Virus record (IMG/VR): IMGVR_UViG_3300029258_001212
Coordinates: 1-64,000 of that record
Source: a virus
DNA length: 64,000 nt
Strand: one strand, 5' to 3'
Made by a program: the position numbers and the translations under genes. Position 1 is the stretch's first letter. Each line of letters begins with the position of its first letter. Positions 1-11,156 of this stretch are shown here, piece by piece. Below the pieces are notes generated by a model, which searched no databases, was not told where the DNA came from, and saw only the letters and a program-made list of their open reading frames with translations.

Positions 1-54
1 ACGAGCTTGAGGAGATGGGCTCCGAGGCGGCTGACGGTGAGGACATGACGTGGG

Positions 55-546
55 GTGACGACGATGCGCGATGAGTACGTGGGGCTCCCCTATGCCAGTG
101 GCTCGGAAACATCCATGGAGGCGGCTAAGAAGTCGGCTGGCAGCAAGAAGACGATGCGGGACCGTGTTGCGATCTTCGAGTTCATTTGCGGCAGCAATGG
201 TGTCTCTGATGATGACATTGACGTGGCGCTAGGGCTCGGCTTGAACACGATCCACGCAAGGCGCCGGGAGCTACAGCTTCACGGGCTGATCTTCCCCAGG
301 GGAAAAGGCTTCACGCGCAAGAACAAGCGGGCCGTACTGTGGCGTCCAACCGGAAAGCCATTTCCGGACCCATGGACAACACCCCCCAGGGCGAAAGCAC
401 AGCGGCCTGAAAGCAAGGCTTTCCGGGCGGCCGTGGCGGAGATCCGGGAGATGTACCTGCGAGACCGCGCAGCCACGGGCAACACGTTGAGCGACAACAC
501 AATCAAGGTTCTCCAGTGGATGGAGGGACCAAAAAAGGAACGGTGA
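55..546 (+). CDS. Winged helix-turn-helix DNA-binding protein (phage type)
   Basis: TSMEAA...IFEFI...GVSDDDIDVALGLGLNTIHARRRELQLHGLI...TRKNKRAVLW pattern typical of small phage wHTH proteins. Confidence 0.6.
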   Translation: MTTMRDEYVGLPYASGSETSMEAAKKSAGSKKTMRDRVAIFEFICGSNGVSDDDIDVALGLGLNTIHARRRELQLHGLIFPRGKGFTRKNKRAVLWRPTGKPFPDPWTTPPRAKAQRPESKAFRAAVAEIREMYLRDRAATGNTLSDNTIKVLQWMEGPKKER

Positions 547-1030
547 ACACGATGGCAGTAGCGAAGAACATCCCCGAAGAGTGCCCCCGGTGTCGGGAGC
601 AGATCCAGACTATGGCCACCATGACAACGGCCGGGGTGAACAGGACGACCGGCATGGTGACCCGCGCGCAACCCAGGTGGCTCTGCTCTGAGTGCGGCCA
701 CCAGTGGGAGGTGGACCCCGACCTGGCGCAGCTCTGGCTCGCCGGTCTCTTCGATGGGCCCAGGAGCGTGGCCCCCAAGCGACACGTGCGGCGCGCGGGC
801 GCAAGGTGACCCGAACGTGAGTGCGACCTGTTGGCGGTGCGGGAAAGCTCCACAGCGAGCTCGCGCCACATGCGACCGGAACGAGGACATGAACGATGCC
901 CTCGAGGGGTGCAGCATCTGGTGGAATTGCTGTGGGGCCTCCTGGCCGGTGGCCGAAGACGAGGTGCCCGATTGGTGCCGGACATACCAGGCGGCCCATG
1001 ACGGCGTACCCTATGACAGCGCGCACTGAC

Positions 1031-1100
1031 TTGGCATGGCTGTTGCTTCTGCTTAATTAACCTTATCTCCCTCTGTGGGAGATAAGAGTCAAGAGGGTGT
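1031..1100 (+). repeat. Conserved ~70 bp element copy 1 (sigma54 -24/-12 motif, TTAATTAA, hairpin)
   Basis: TTGGCATGGCTGTTGCT (GG-N10-GC), TTAATTAA, perfect stem CTTATCTCCC-tctgt-GGGAGATAAG (1062-1086), AGTCAAGAGGGT. Confidence 0.9.
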
Positions 1101-1103
1101 CCG

Positions 1104-1385
1104 ATGGCAGACTTTGAAAAACTGGGTCGCGAGATCGGGCGTCTCGTGGAGACAAAACAAAAATCGTATGGCGATGCGTTCGGGCGAAGTGGCCAGGTGA
1201 TGCGTACCCTGTATCCGGAGGGTGTCTCTCCGGACCAGATGGACGATGCCCTGGCAGTGGTGCGCGTGGTGGACAAGCTGTTCCGGATTGCCACGGACAG
1301 GGACGCCCTGGGCGAGTCTCCCTGGAGAGATATTGCAGGGTATGGACTGCTCGGGTGGGCCCGGGTGGAAAGCGAGCGAAGATGA
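1104..1385 (+). CDS. DUF1599/nucleotide-modification-associated-domain-like small helical protein
   Basis: KQKSYGDAF...VRVVDKLFRI...ESPWRDIAGYGLL resembles the K-x-x-x-YG...DK-x-x-R...D-x-A-x-Y family pattern. Confidence 0.55.
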   Translation: MADFEKLGREIGRLVETKQKSYGDAFGRSGQVMRTLYPEGVSPDQMDDALAVVRVVDKLFRIATDRDALGESPWRDIAGYGLLGWARVESERR

Positions 1386-3421
1386 AGTTCAAGATCACGA
1401 TGAAGGATCCGGATGGCGTCTACGAGTGCGTGGAGGATGCTGTCACGATGAGCCTCAAGGGACTTGAGCTCTCCGAAGACGAGCGCGAGGCCGTCATGGA
1501 GAAGCGCAGGGAAGCCGTCATGGAGGCCATCAGCAAGTGGTTCGAATACGGTGAGTGCCTGAACGTGGAAGTGGACACGGACGCTGGAACCATCGAAGTG
1601 CTGTCCAGGTAGGACCAGGGCGCGAGCGATGATAGGATCGATCCATGGCAGCTCTACCTCCAAGCCGGACGGTGGACTCGAGCCCCACGGCGCCCCACGA
1701 CTACCAGGTGGTCAGCTACACGTGGAACAGCGAGCCGGAGAGCTCCACCAGTTCCAACACGGTGACGTTCTACGCGGACAGCACGGGGACCACCGTGGAG
1801 CCAGAGCTGGAGCTGCGCCTACCGCCACCACGGCCGCCCGTGTGGGACATGATGCCCCTGGCTCCTCACGTGGAGCCATTGCGCCGTGGGCGGGGGCCAA
1901 TGGACGCACGGCCGGCTATCTGGGCGTGCCGGCCGCGCCATGGGCTTTCCGGAGGGTGACGTGAGCTGGGTTGCCTTACGCAAGCTCCTCGAGGTGTTCA
2001 TTCTCGAGGCGATCATGCTCTACAGGGCATTTTCAAGGATCGGTGAAGTGGTGAGAAACGAGCTGGAGTACCGGCGCAACCGGAGGGCCTGGGAGCGGGC
2101 GATCCGCGATGGAGGGCCGTGGCCATGGTGATCCTCGAGTGCCCCAGGTGCGGCGAGCGGATGCGTCCGGTGGTGGCGGAAGGTCGCCTCGGGTTCCAGC
2201 GGGCGCTGGTGCCTGCGTTCCGGTGCGACTGCCATCGGGCGGACTACCCCACCGGGAATGAGGACGAGCTCCGCGGGTGGTGGGCGCTGGTGTTGGCGGA
2301 TGGTTCCCCGGCGGACGTGCCCCCTCGAGCTCGCCGGCCAGGTGGGTCGGTGGTGGTGGGCGAGGGGCAGCCGGATGGCTCCGTGGTGGGCAATTTCGAC
2401 ATGATGATCGGCTCCACGATCCCGGTGTGCCGGGTGTGCCACGATCTCCTCGAGGAGACCTTGAACGTCCAGGAGGACGGCTGGTATTGCCGGCGGTGCG
2501 ACCGGTACGAGATGGACCCGATGACTAGGGCGGAGATTCCTGGTTTCGGGGTGGGCAGTTCCGAGCACATGGGTGCGTGGCCGGTGCCGAAGGCCACCTT
2601 GGAGCTGCGGTGCCTGGACGGCGGCAAGGACAAGGACGATGGCAAAGAAACGTAAGCCACCGAAGGCGCCAAAGCGCTACGCTCCCCCGAGGAAGCCGTG
2701 GCGCAAGATGAAGTGCCCCAAGTGCGGCAAGGTGATCTGGCGCAAGCCCTACGTGTCGGACGCAGCCAAGTGCCATGACTGCGGCTTTCAGGGGAACCTG
2801 GTGCTGGCATGAGAGTGGAGCGGATGCCAACGCCACAGGAGCGTGAGAAGCGGCTCAAGACGAGCATCCCGCGAGCTCTCAAGGCGTGGGGTCTCCAGGT
2901 GGACCGTGAGCGACTGGCAGAGCCCCGTGCTTTTGACCGGGCGGTGGCTCGGCTGGCGCGGGTGATCCGGATGATTGAGGAGGGCAAGTCCCATGATTGA
3001 CCCTGTAGTGACTGGATTCTGGAAGCGCCTCCTGGTTGGCGCTGTGCTCCTGGCCGTGGTGGTCGGGATCCTACTGATGGTTTCTTCGATGATTGGAGGA
3101 TGACACGATGAGCGAAGAGAACGAGAAAGACCCGAACGCGGACGTGGAGAACCCATGGGAGGTGCCCGTAGGCCACATGGTGCCCACCATCACGGCAGCG
3201 TGCCCCCACTGCAAGGCTACCCTCGGGGTGCCGATCCAGATTCAGCCCGTGGGCGTGAACCAGGAGAACCAGGTGGTGGCCCTCGAGTCCGAGGAGCAGA
3301 TCAAGGCCCTCAAGGGGGTGCTCCTGGTGCTCGCCAGCCCGGTGCAGACTTTCATTTGCCCGCAGTGCAGCGGCCAGGGCGCGCCAGAGGACAATGAGCC
3401 CAAGCGGATCATCACGCTGTC

Positions 3422-3766
3422 ATGAAACGCACCATCATGACAAAGGAAGAGTGGGAAGCCCGGGGCACCGAGCTGTTCGGGGAGAACCAGATGAAGTGGC
3501 GATTCGTCTGCCCGAGCTGCGGCTACGTCCAGTCCGTGGAGGACTTCAAGGAGCTCCACGATCAAGGGGTAGACGTGCAGCCCAGCACGGCCTACTTCTC
3601 CTGCATCGGGCGCTGGAACGGTCACATGGACAACGATGCGTTCGGCGGCAAGTCCCCATGTAACTACGCGGGCGGGGGCCTACTGCGGATCAACCCCGTG
3701 CTGGTGAAGGATGGCGAGCGTGAGCACCAGGTGTTCGCATTCGATGAGGGACAACATGACGGCTGA
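3422..3766 (+). CDS. VVA0879-like CxxC phage protein
   Basis: LFGE...WRFVCPSCG..QS..DF...SCIGR...CNYAGGGL...P pattern. Confidence 0.6.
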   Translation: MKRTIMTKEEWEARGTELFGENQMKWRFVCPSCGYVQSVEDFKELHDQGVDVQPSTAYFSCIGRWNGHMDNDAFGGKSPCNYAGGGLLRINPVLVKDGEREHQVFAFDEGQHDG

Positions 3767-6501
3767 ATACATGGGCTGGCTCAAGGCGGCCGGTCACGTG
3801 TCCAAGGCGGGGCTCTGGTTCGGTCTGGCCGTGGCGCTGTTCCCTGTGGCCCTGGCTCTCACCATGGCGGAGGAGGTGAAGCGGTGCAGATGAAAATGTC
3901 CATGCGGAAGATGACCACCCAGGAGCGGCGCGATGACGTGGTGGGGACCCTGGACGCCTACCTCAAGGGCGGCGCGGAGATCACCGAGGTGAAGGTCGAA
4001 ACCGAGGTGGTGGAGGAGCCACCGGAGGACGGCTCCCCATTCATGCGAAAGCGGCCCGGGCGCGGGCGCATGATCACGATCCAGCTCGAGGTGCCCAAGG
4101 ACGCCGTGGAGCCCACGCCATGATCGTCGCTGCGGTGCTGATCTTGGTGCTCGCTGCGATGGTGGCTGGCCTGTGGGTGTGGTCCGTGGCGGAGCGGCGC
4201 CGGGCAGAGGCGGTCAAGGACTACCTGGAGCGTGCCGAGAAGCGTGGCTACCAGGTGCTCCGCGTGGGGTCCGAGAGCCGGTACAAGGTGATTGCAGTTC
4301 CACCACCGGAGCCAGACAAGGAGCGATGGAATTGAAACCCAAGCGGCGCACCGTGAGGTGCTGGTTTTGCGGGAACAAGAAGCGGCGCGTGCCGTCCACC
4401 AGGGGGATCCCCCCGAGCTGGCTGGACGAGCGCGGGCGCGTGAAGGTGATCCTCCGCAAGCGGACCGTGGTGCCCTACGGTGCGTGCGGGGCGATGGGCC
4501 ACCCCTGGGAGCCAGATGGGTGCCGACAGCCGATGCTACTGCCCAAGGACGTGCGCTTTGTTCTGCGAGCGGCTCTCCAGTATGACCGGGGCGGCGGCAA
4601 TCACAGGAGCGAATACGATGTGTGCTGAGTACGTGATCGATGACCAGGCGCTGTTCGATGCGGCGCTGGCGCGGCTCGAGGGGAAGGAGCCGCCTTCGGT
4701 GCGCGCGGGACAGAGCGGGGCGGTGGGGTTTATCAACAACGTGGAACAGAGATTCGACCACGATGGCGCGGTGGAGTCTATGGACGTGACGATGCGCGTC
4801 CGGTTCACCGACAGGAACGTGATGGCCATTGGCCGGATGCTGGACGCCATGGCCACGGTGGAGATCATGGAGCGAAAGCGATGAAGTGCTCACAGTGCGG
4901 AGACGATGGCCTGGACACCAAGTGGGACGGCACGTGGGCGGGCGCGCCCGTGTGCGAGACCTGTGCCGGCGTGCTGAAAATGGTGAGCAAGGCCAATACC
5001 AGGTTCGCCAGCGGGGATCTGAGCTCACCCCTCATCGGGATGCCATTCAGCGCGGCCCAGGAGATTGCCGCGGAGGCCACGAAGCGGGCCAGGGAGTGGC
5101 ACGCGGAGAACCCGGGGCAAGGTGTTGGCCCTGGTGACTGGGTTGACGTGGCCCAGAGGGTGTGGGGCGTGGACCTGGTGGCTCACATGGAGCGAGGGAG
5201 GCAGGACGTGTTCACCCCAGGGAGGCGAGACGACGGATGCTGATCACCATTACAGAGGGCTGGAACGGCCGCGAGGTGGCGCGTGGGGAGATCCTGGAAG
5301 GCAACGTGGAGGTGGTGACGGCGACGGGCAGGGAGGACAGCTACAGCTCGCCAGAGGAGCTCCTGGTGGCCTATCCGCCGAGCATGTTCTGGATTCTATC
5401 GGCACCAGACCACTGGGAACTCGCCTTGGACCCGTTCCACCCTGATGCGTTCAAGGGGACCCCAGCGGAGGGTCTGGTGGCAGATCCCGAATCCTCGAGG
5501 AGCGTGGTGTGGCTGGCCACCGACAGCTACGGCAACGCGGTGGGCGTGGCCGGGGTCCAGGACCTACATCCGTCCCCGCCGGGCCACCCCTACGCCAAAG
5601 GTGAGCCCAGGGAGCTCGAGTGCGAGGTGTGCGAGCGGGGGTTCCTGAGTGACAGCTACCAGGAGGAGCCGGTCTGTCCGAAGTGCCAGCGGCCCGTGTC
5701 AAGGGTGATGCTGGCGGTGGAGGCCAAGGCGTGAGATCCGAGACCACAGCGGAGGGCCAGTGCTACCCGGCGTGGATCCCATGCAACAACTGCGAGGACT
5801 ACTGGTGCCGGATCCACGATGCCCACGTTTTCGAGTGCGGGTGCTCCCCAGTGGAGGACTGGGGCGACGTGGACCCGTACTGCCAGGGCGGGCCACCGTG
5901 TCCCGAAAGGAGGCCGTGATGGCCAAGCGAGGCGTTCACAAGACGCTACAGCGCGGAGGTGTGTGCTGGGACTGTGGGAGACCGGGCGCAAAGCCGGTCT
6001 ACAGCCTGAGCAAGAACAGGGACGTGGATCGCATCGGCTGGGAGTGCGAGTGCGGCCGGTGGTGGCCGGTGAAGGCGGAGGACTTCAAGGCGTGGCACCA
6101 GGCCATCGAAGGTAACCCCCTCGGGCTGCCACCGAGCGGAGGAAAGCCATGAACAGGAAGCTGCTATCCGTGAACATCGGGCCCCTTTCCGTGAACATCT
6201 ACCGCCTGGACGGGTACAACCATCGCCCGGCGCTGTGGTGGAGCCCACAGGTGACCCACCTCCGGCCGCTGCCCGGGGTGACGATCAACATCCCTCGCCG
6301 CTGGTGGCCCGGGCGCAAGGACGGCTACCGCCAGTGTGGGTTCTGTGGCCAGGTGCGCTGGATGGAGGGCCCGCCAAACGGGGCGTGTCCCGAGTGCAAG
6401 CGAACGCTGGACTGCATGGAGACCTACATGAAGGGGCCACCATGGTGGCCTGAGATGGTACACGAAGCCTACCAGCGGGCCACGGGAAGGATGTGGAAGC
6501 G

Positions 6502-8343
6502 ATGAGCAAGAAGTGGAGCGGCAAGCAAGCTGAGCCGAGCTGCCCGGAGTGCAGGGTTGAGCTCGAGATCGCCGGACACCTGGACTGGTGGCTGTGCCCC
6601 AAGTGCGGCAAGGAGTGGCGCCAGGCGGGTATGCGCCTTGAGGAGATCCCTCCGCCCCAAGATCACGGTGGCATCACTAGCTTGGCCGACATGGTTCACC
6701 GGGAGCTCTCCGCGGCCCTGAACAGCCCCGAGCTCCAGGCGGCCAGGGAGCACGTTGGCCTCAAGCCCACAGTGCCCGATGAGGAGATCTGGGAGGCGAT
6801 GAACGGGGCGCGCGAGCTGGTGGGCCTCGGGCCCATGGAAGGAATCGCCTACGATCCGCTCAAGGACACCGAAAGCCGATCACACTGCTACCCGGAGCAG
6901 TGCCCAGTGGGGTGTGGGACAACGCTGGCGCGGGTGAGCGAGCCGGGCAAGGAGATCGTGTGGAGGTGCCCGGAGTGTACCTGGAGCGGGACGGACCAGG
7001 ATCGCCTCGAGTACCTGGGCTCCGAGGTAGAGGACGCCGTGGTGGAGCGGCTACACCACAGCGGTGCCCAGGTCGAAACGGTGCGACTGAGCAGATCGGG
7101 CGCCCAGGTGCCTATCCAGGAGCACGGGTACTGCCCGGAGTGCGGCACTGGGATGAACCGCGACAAGTCCCCGCGCGGCTGGGAGTGCAAGTGCGGGTGG
7201 ACCGGCGGGACGCCGCTGGCTTACCAGGTGAGCTTCCCTGTGGACGGGGTGGATTTCGGCATGAAGTACGCACCACAGGAAGACAAAGAGATCCCGGTGG
7301 CGCGAGTGGGCCTCGGGGACGATGGCACCGTGACCCTCGAGGCCAGCAAGATGACCCTGGGAAGCCCGGACGGCGAGCCAGTGGTCAATGTGCCCCTCGC
7401 CATGGACGTAGCCCAGGCGGCGCGCGTGGCCCAGGGCGGCAAGGGTGGCCTGGTGGGCCACGTCGTCTTGGGTGACGGCGTTGTGCTCCCGGTGATCATC
7501 CCGGGTATGGAGCTGGGCATCATGTCGCCCATGACCCCATACACGCCGCTCCAGGCGAGCATCGTGAAGGTGCGGGACGATGGGGGCGCAGACGTGAACT
7601 GGGAGTCAGTGGACCACCTGGTGGGCTACGCCAAGGACCATGACACACTGGAGCTCCACACCCATTCGCGGGGCGGTGAACCCTTGTCCTTTGAGGATGT
7701 GAAGGATGTGGCTGTCCGCATCGTGGAGGAGATGGACCAGGCCACCCGGGACAAGCTCTACCTCACCCACGATGGCCAGCCGTGCCCAGGTACGTGCGTG
7801 ACGCTGGCCACCGAGCTCGAGGATGCCCGGGCCGAGCTCAGGGAAGCCAAGTCGGGCAAGGTGGACTGCCAGGTGTGCGGGGACAACGGCTCCAACGGGC
7901 TCTGTCCAGCGTGTGGCCGGTTCCAGACGCCGGACACGGCTGCCCAGGTGCGCGAGCGGCTGGTCAAGACTGTTGGCCGGCTGTACGAGGAGAACGGGCG
8001 CCTCCGGGATCAGCTCTACCCACCACCCGGAAAGCCGGTGCTGGACGGCGAGCTGGACCCGTACACCCTGGTGGACAGCGTGCTACGGAACGGCTGCCCG
8101 GAGTGCGGCAAGCCGGTGATGATAGAGGCCCAGGTGCCGGAGGGTGGCATTGACTTCGCCTGGGCATTCACGTGCGCGGGCCTGGGGCGCGGGATCGGAA
8201 CGTGCGGCTGGTGGGCCATCAGCGTGGTGAGCCTGGCGGACGCGGCAAGGGTGGCTCTCCGCCACCCGGCGGCAACCAAGGAGGACAGCGATGATCAAGC
8301 AGGCGACGAGCATCATGATGCGCCTGGCCCAGATTCAGATTGA
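6502..8343 (+). CDS. Large multi-zinc-ribbon hypothetical protein
   Basis: Repeated CxxC pairs (CPEC/CPKC, CPVGC/CPEC, CPEC/CKC, CQVC/CPAC, CPEC) separated by unrelated segments. Confidence 0.7.
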   Translation: MSKKWSGKQAEPSCPECRVELEIAGHLDWWLCPKCGKEWRQAGMRLEEIPPPQDHGGITSLADMVHRELSAALNSPELQAAREHVGLKPTVPDEEIWEAMNGARELVGLGPMEGIAYDPLKDTESRSHCYPEQCPVGCGTTLARVSEPGKEIVWRCPECTWSGTDQDRLEYLGSEVEDAVVERLHHSGAQVETVRLSRSGAQVPIQEHGYCPECGTGMNRDKSPRGWECKCGWTGGTPLAYQVSFPVDGVDFGMKYAPQEDKEIPVARVGLGDDGTVTLEASKMTLGSPDGEPVVNVPLAMDVAQAARVAQGGKGGLVGHVVLGDGVVLPVIIPGMELGIMSPMTPYTPLQASIVKVRDDGGADVNWESVDHLVGYAKDHDTLELHTHSRGGEPLSFEDVKDVAVRIVEEMDQATRDKLYLTHDGQPCPGTCVTLATELEDARAELREAKSGKVDCQVCGDNGSNGLCPACGRFQTPDTAAQVRERLVKTVGRLYEENGRLRDQLYPPPGKPVLDGELDPYTLVDSVLRNGCPECGKPVMIEAQVPEGGIDFAWAFTCAGLGRGIGTCGWWAISVVSLADAARVALRHPAATKEDSDDQAGDEHHDAPGPDSD

Positions 8344-8721
8344 GCTCATGGAGCTCTCACAGGACTACGCGCGGGACGGATCGAAGCATGGCTCCGAGGC
8401 GTGCGACACGGCTCGGCTGCACGTGAACGAGGCCCAGAGGACGATCCACATGAACCTCAAGCCCCCTGGGTTCCCAAAGCTCTCCACGCTGCCCAGCGTG
8501 GGCGATCCGTATCGGTTCCAGGCGCCGTGGCACACGGGCTACTTCGAGGGGCCGGAGAGCCCTTGCTCATGCCGCGGGATTGTTCACACGACTCCATCGG
8601 TGCAGTCCCAAGAAGTCCAGGTGCAGTGTGGGGCCTGCGGTGGTCGATGGACTTGGAATTCCGATGAGCATAGGTGGTATGTAGACTTGGCGATCATCGA
8701 AACATGGCCGGAGGAGTAGTG

Positions 8722-9150
8722 ATGGGACGCAAAGGAAGCAAGACACACAAGTGGACTGACGATGAGCTGAAGCTCCTGCTGGAGACGGTGCAGGAGGCTA
8801 CGCCGATGCTGGAGCACTACCAGCGCCAGGGCTACACGCAGGTGGACTGGTGGGCCTCGGTGAGCGGGATGCTGTTCCAGAGGGGTGGCCCTGTGGTGAC
8901 GGGCAAGGCGTGTGCTCGACAGTTCGAGCTATGGATGGAGAAGCAGGGACCTGAGCCGTTTGAGCCTTCTCCGGAAGAGGAGGACGTGGATAAGTGGACG
9001 CAGATCGCCGTGATGGTGGACGACTATGAACAGGGTCTACTGGAGTCACTGGATGAGCGGTTGGAGCACGTCGAGCGCGGGCTCAAGTATGTGGCGCGAG
9101 TGGTGGACGCGGTGGCCCGGGATCTCGGTGTGAAGGAGTCATGGGAATGA
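8722..9150 (+). CDS. Myb/SANT-like (RsfA-like) helical DNA-binding protein with C-terminal coiled coil
   Basis: KWTDDELKLLLETV...WWASVS...TGKACARQF. Confidence 0.45.
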   Translation: MGRKGSKTHKWTDDELKLLLETVQEATPMLEHYQRQGYTQVDWWASVSGMLFQRGGPVVTGKACARQFELWMEKQGPEPFEPSPEEEDVDKWTQIAVMVDDYEQGLLESLDERLEHVERGLKYVARVVDAVARDLGVKESWE

Positions 9151-9656
9151 TGATGACTTTTGATGAGTACCGGATCAAGTATCCGCATCTAACGAGACCA
9201 GTGGCGCAGAACCTACTCCGCGCTCCAGCATGGCAGCCGACTTGCCCGCAGTGTGGAGCCAGTGCAGAGTGGACGGCTGCACAGGACCTGATTGTGCGTT
9301 GCACGGTTTGTCCACACTGGGCACTTGGGGTGTATCCAGAAGACGGCGGCCACGAGCACATGGAAAAAAGATGGCGGCGAACAGGCGGTGACAATGCACA
9401 AAAAAGACTGGAAAGATGATGCATGGGTAATCGCACACATGCGCCAGTGGAGGGCGGCTGGCCTGTTCGATTGGCCCAGTGAAGCGTGCGGGGTGGAACA
9501 ACACAAGCGATTCGTGGAGTGGTGCTATAGGCATGGCCATGTGCCCACCGATGACCCAGAGGGTGTTGCCCATGAGTATGCCGACGCCCTGGAGCGAGGT
9601 GATGTTCCCATGTTCTGGGGAATCAGTAAAAATGGATTCCTAGTGAGGGTGCCGGA

Positions 9657-10148
9657 ATGAAACAAACCAAAACGAATGCCCATCCAATAAATGGCGAACG
9701 ATGCCAGGTGTGTCCGGATTGCGGGGGGAACAAGCGTCTTCCGTGTGAGTGTGTGCCGCGCGATGTTCCCGTGGAAGAGATGGTGAGTGACCCCGGGTGT
9801 CAGGTTTGCGGAGGGGAAGGCGACAATTGGTGTGCAAGGTGCGCTGGGACTGGTGCGGTTTTGTGTGATCAAGATGAGATCACTATTGATGAAGATCTGC
9901 TCAGGGAACAGATTGCCGCAATCAAGATCCCCGGCCTGGATGTGATGGAAAAAGACGTGGCCGATCCGGTGGACGTGGAGAAGTACATCCGCGAGCTCCC
10001 CATGGACTCCCTGAGCGACCGGGAGCGGACCCTGGTGGCCGGCAACATCCGCGGGTTCGCCATGGAGGTGCGCCAGGCGTGCAAGGACAACGGGCCCGGG
10101 AATCTTGAGCCGTGTCCTGAGTGCGGAAGGAGCTGCACCTGCCCATGA
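9657..10148 (+). CDS. Protein with DnaJ-type CxxCxGxG zinc-finger repeats
   Basis: CPDCGG, CQVCGGEG, CARCAGTG. Confidence 0.55.
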   Translation: MKQTKTNAHPINGERCQVCPDCGGNKRLPCECVPRDVPVEEMVSDPGCQVCGGEGDNWCARCAGTGAVLCDQDEITIDEDLLREQIAAIKIPGLDVMEKDVADPVDVEKYIRELPMDSLSDRERTLVAGNIRGFAMEVRQACKDNGPGNLEPCPECGRSCTCP

Positions 10149-10440
10149 AAACCATTTTCTGCTACCAGTGCGACAAGAACACGATCCACCTCGCTGCAAG
10201 CCTGGCTTTCATGCGGACAACCAACGTGCGGGACAACAACGGGCGCCCACGGTGGGACCGGGGCGGCCCGAGCTGGGTGTGCGCGGGGTGTGGTGGCGTG
10301 ATTCCGGCCTTGCCAGCAGAGCAAGCCGAGTGGATCAAGGATTGGTTCCTGGACCCAACAGGGGTGGACTCTTGGGGCAAGCTCCGGGAGCCCATGCCGC
10401 GGTTGAGGGAGCGCCCCGAACGCCACAAGGACAAGGAACC

Positions 10441-10833
10441 ATGAAGCGGCTCTGGTACATCGCCCACCAGGTGGGCGCGCAAACCCATGCGGGTGTGCAG
10501 GTGAACCTGAAGTCCGTGCTGGCCTACCAGCGCGAATTCGTGCGCTCTGGTGTCCATGCCGTGGCCCCTTGGTACGCCATGGCGGCGGGACTGAATGACC
10601 ACGATCCAGAAGACCGTGAGGTGTCTCTGGCCATCGGGCGGCGCTTGGTGGGCCTGTTCGGTGGCGTGATAGCCGTGGGGCCGAAGTGGTCCACCGGTAT
10701 GCGCGGCGAGGTGGACACGGCCTTGGCCAAGGGGCTCCCGGTGCTGGACCTGGTGGGCCTGAGCCCCAAGGACGCGGCGGACCACTTGGTGTTGGAGATC
10801 AGCTTGGTTGAGCCAGACGGAGGGAGCCAATGA
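10441..10833 (+). CDS. Nucleoside 2-deoxyribosyltransferase-like (DUF4406/DUF1937-type) protein
   Basis: YIAH...N......G..AVAPW...WSTGMRGEVDTA...GLPV motif set. Confidence 0.6.
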   Translation: MKRLWYIAHQVGAQTHAGVQVNLKSVLAYQREFVRSGVHAVAPWYAMAAGLNDHDPEDREVSLAIGRRLVGLFGGVIAVGPKWSTGMRGEVDTALAKGLPVLDLVGLSPKDAADHLVLEISLVEPDGGSQ

Positions 10834-11156
10834 GCAGAACAAGCGGAGCGGACCTGATCGCGGCGGAGCGCCAGCGCCAGGTGACTGCGGAGAACTGGAC
10901 CCCAGAGCACGATGACCGTCACCGGGGCGGACAGCTTGCCATGGCGGCCATCGCCTACGTGGCCAAGGCGGTTGGGGTGGAGGTGCGGGAGGTTCACCTG
11001 GGGCCGATGCGTCACATTTTCACCCAGGTGTGGCCGTGGGGCGACAAGTGGGACAAGCGGGAGAAGCACAGCGCGATGCGGTGCCTGGTGATCGGCGGGG
11101 CACTGATCGCAGCCGAGATTGACCGGCGTATTCGGGCCGGGGAAGGCGAGTCATGA
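10830..11156 (+). CDS. Conserved phage hypothetical protein (AERxRQ...WTPEHDD...WPW...ALIxAEIxR family)
   Basis: Widely seen phage motif string; function unknown. Confidence 0.6.
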   Translation: MSRTSGADLIAAERQRQVTAENWTPEHDDRHRGGQLAMAAIAYVAKAVGVEVREVHLGPMRHIFTQVWPWGDKWDKREKHSAMRCLVIGGALIAAEIDRRIRAGEGES

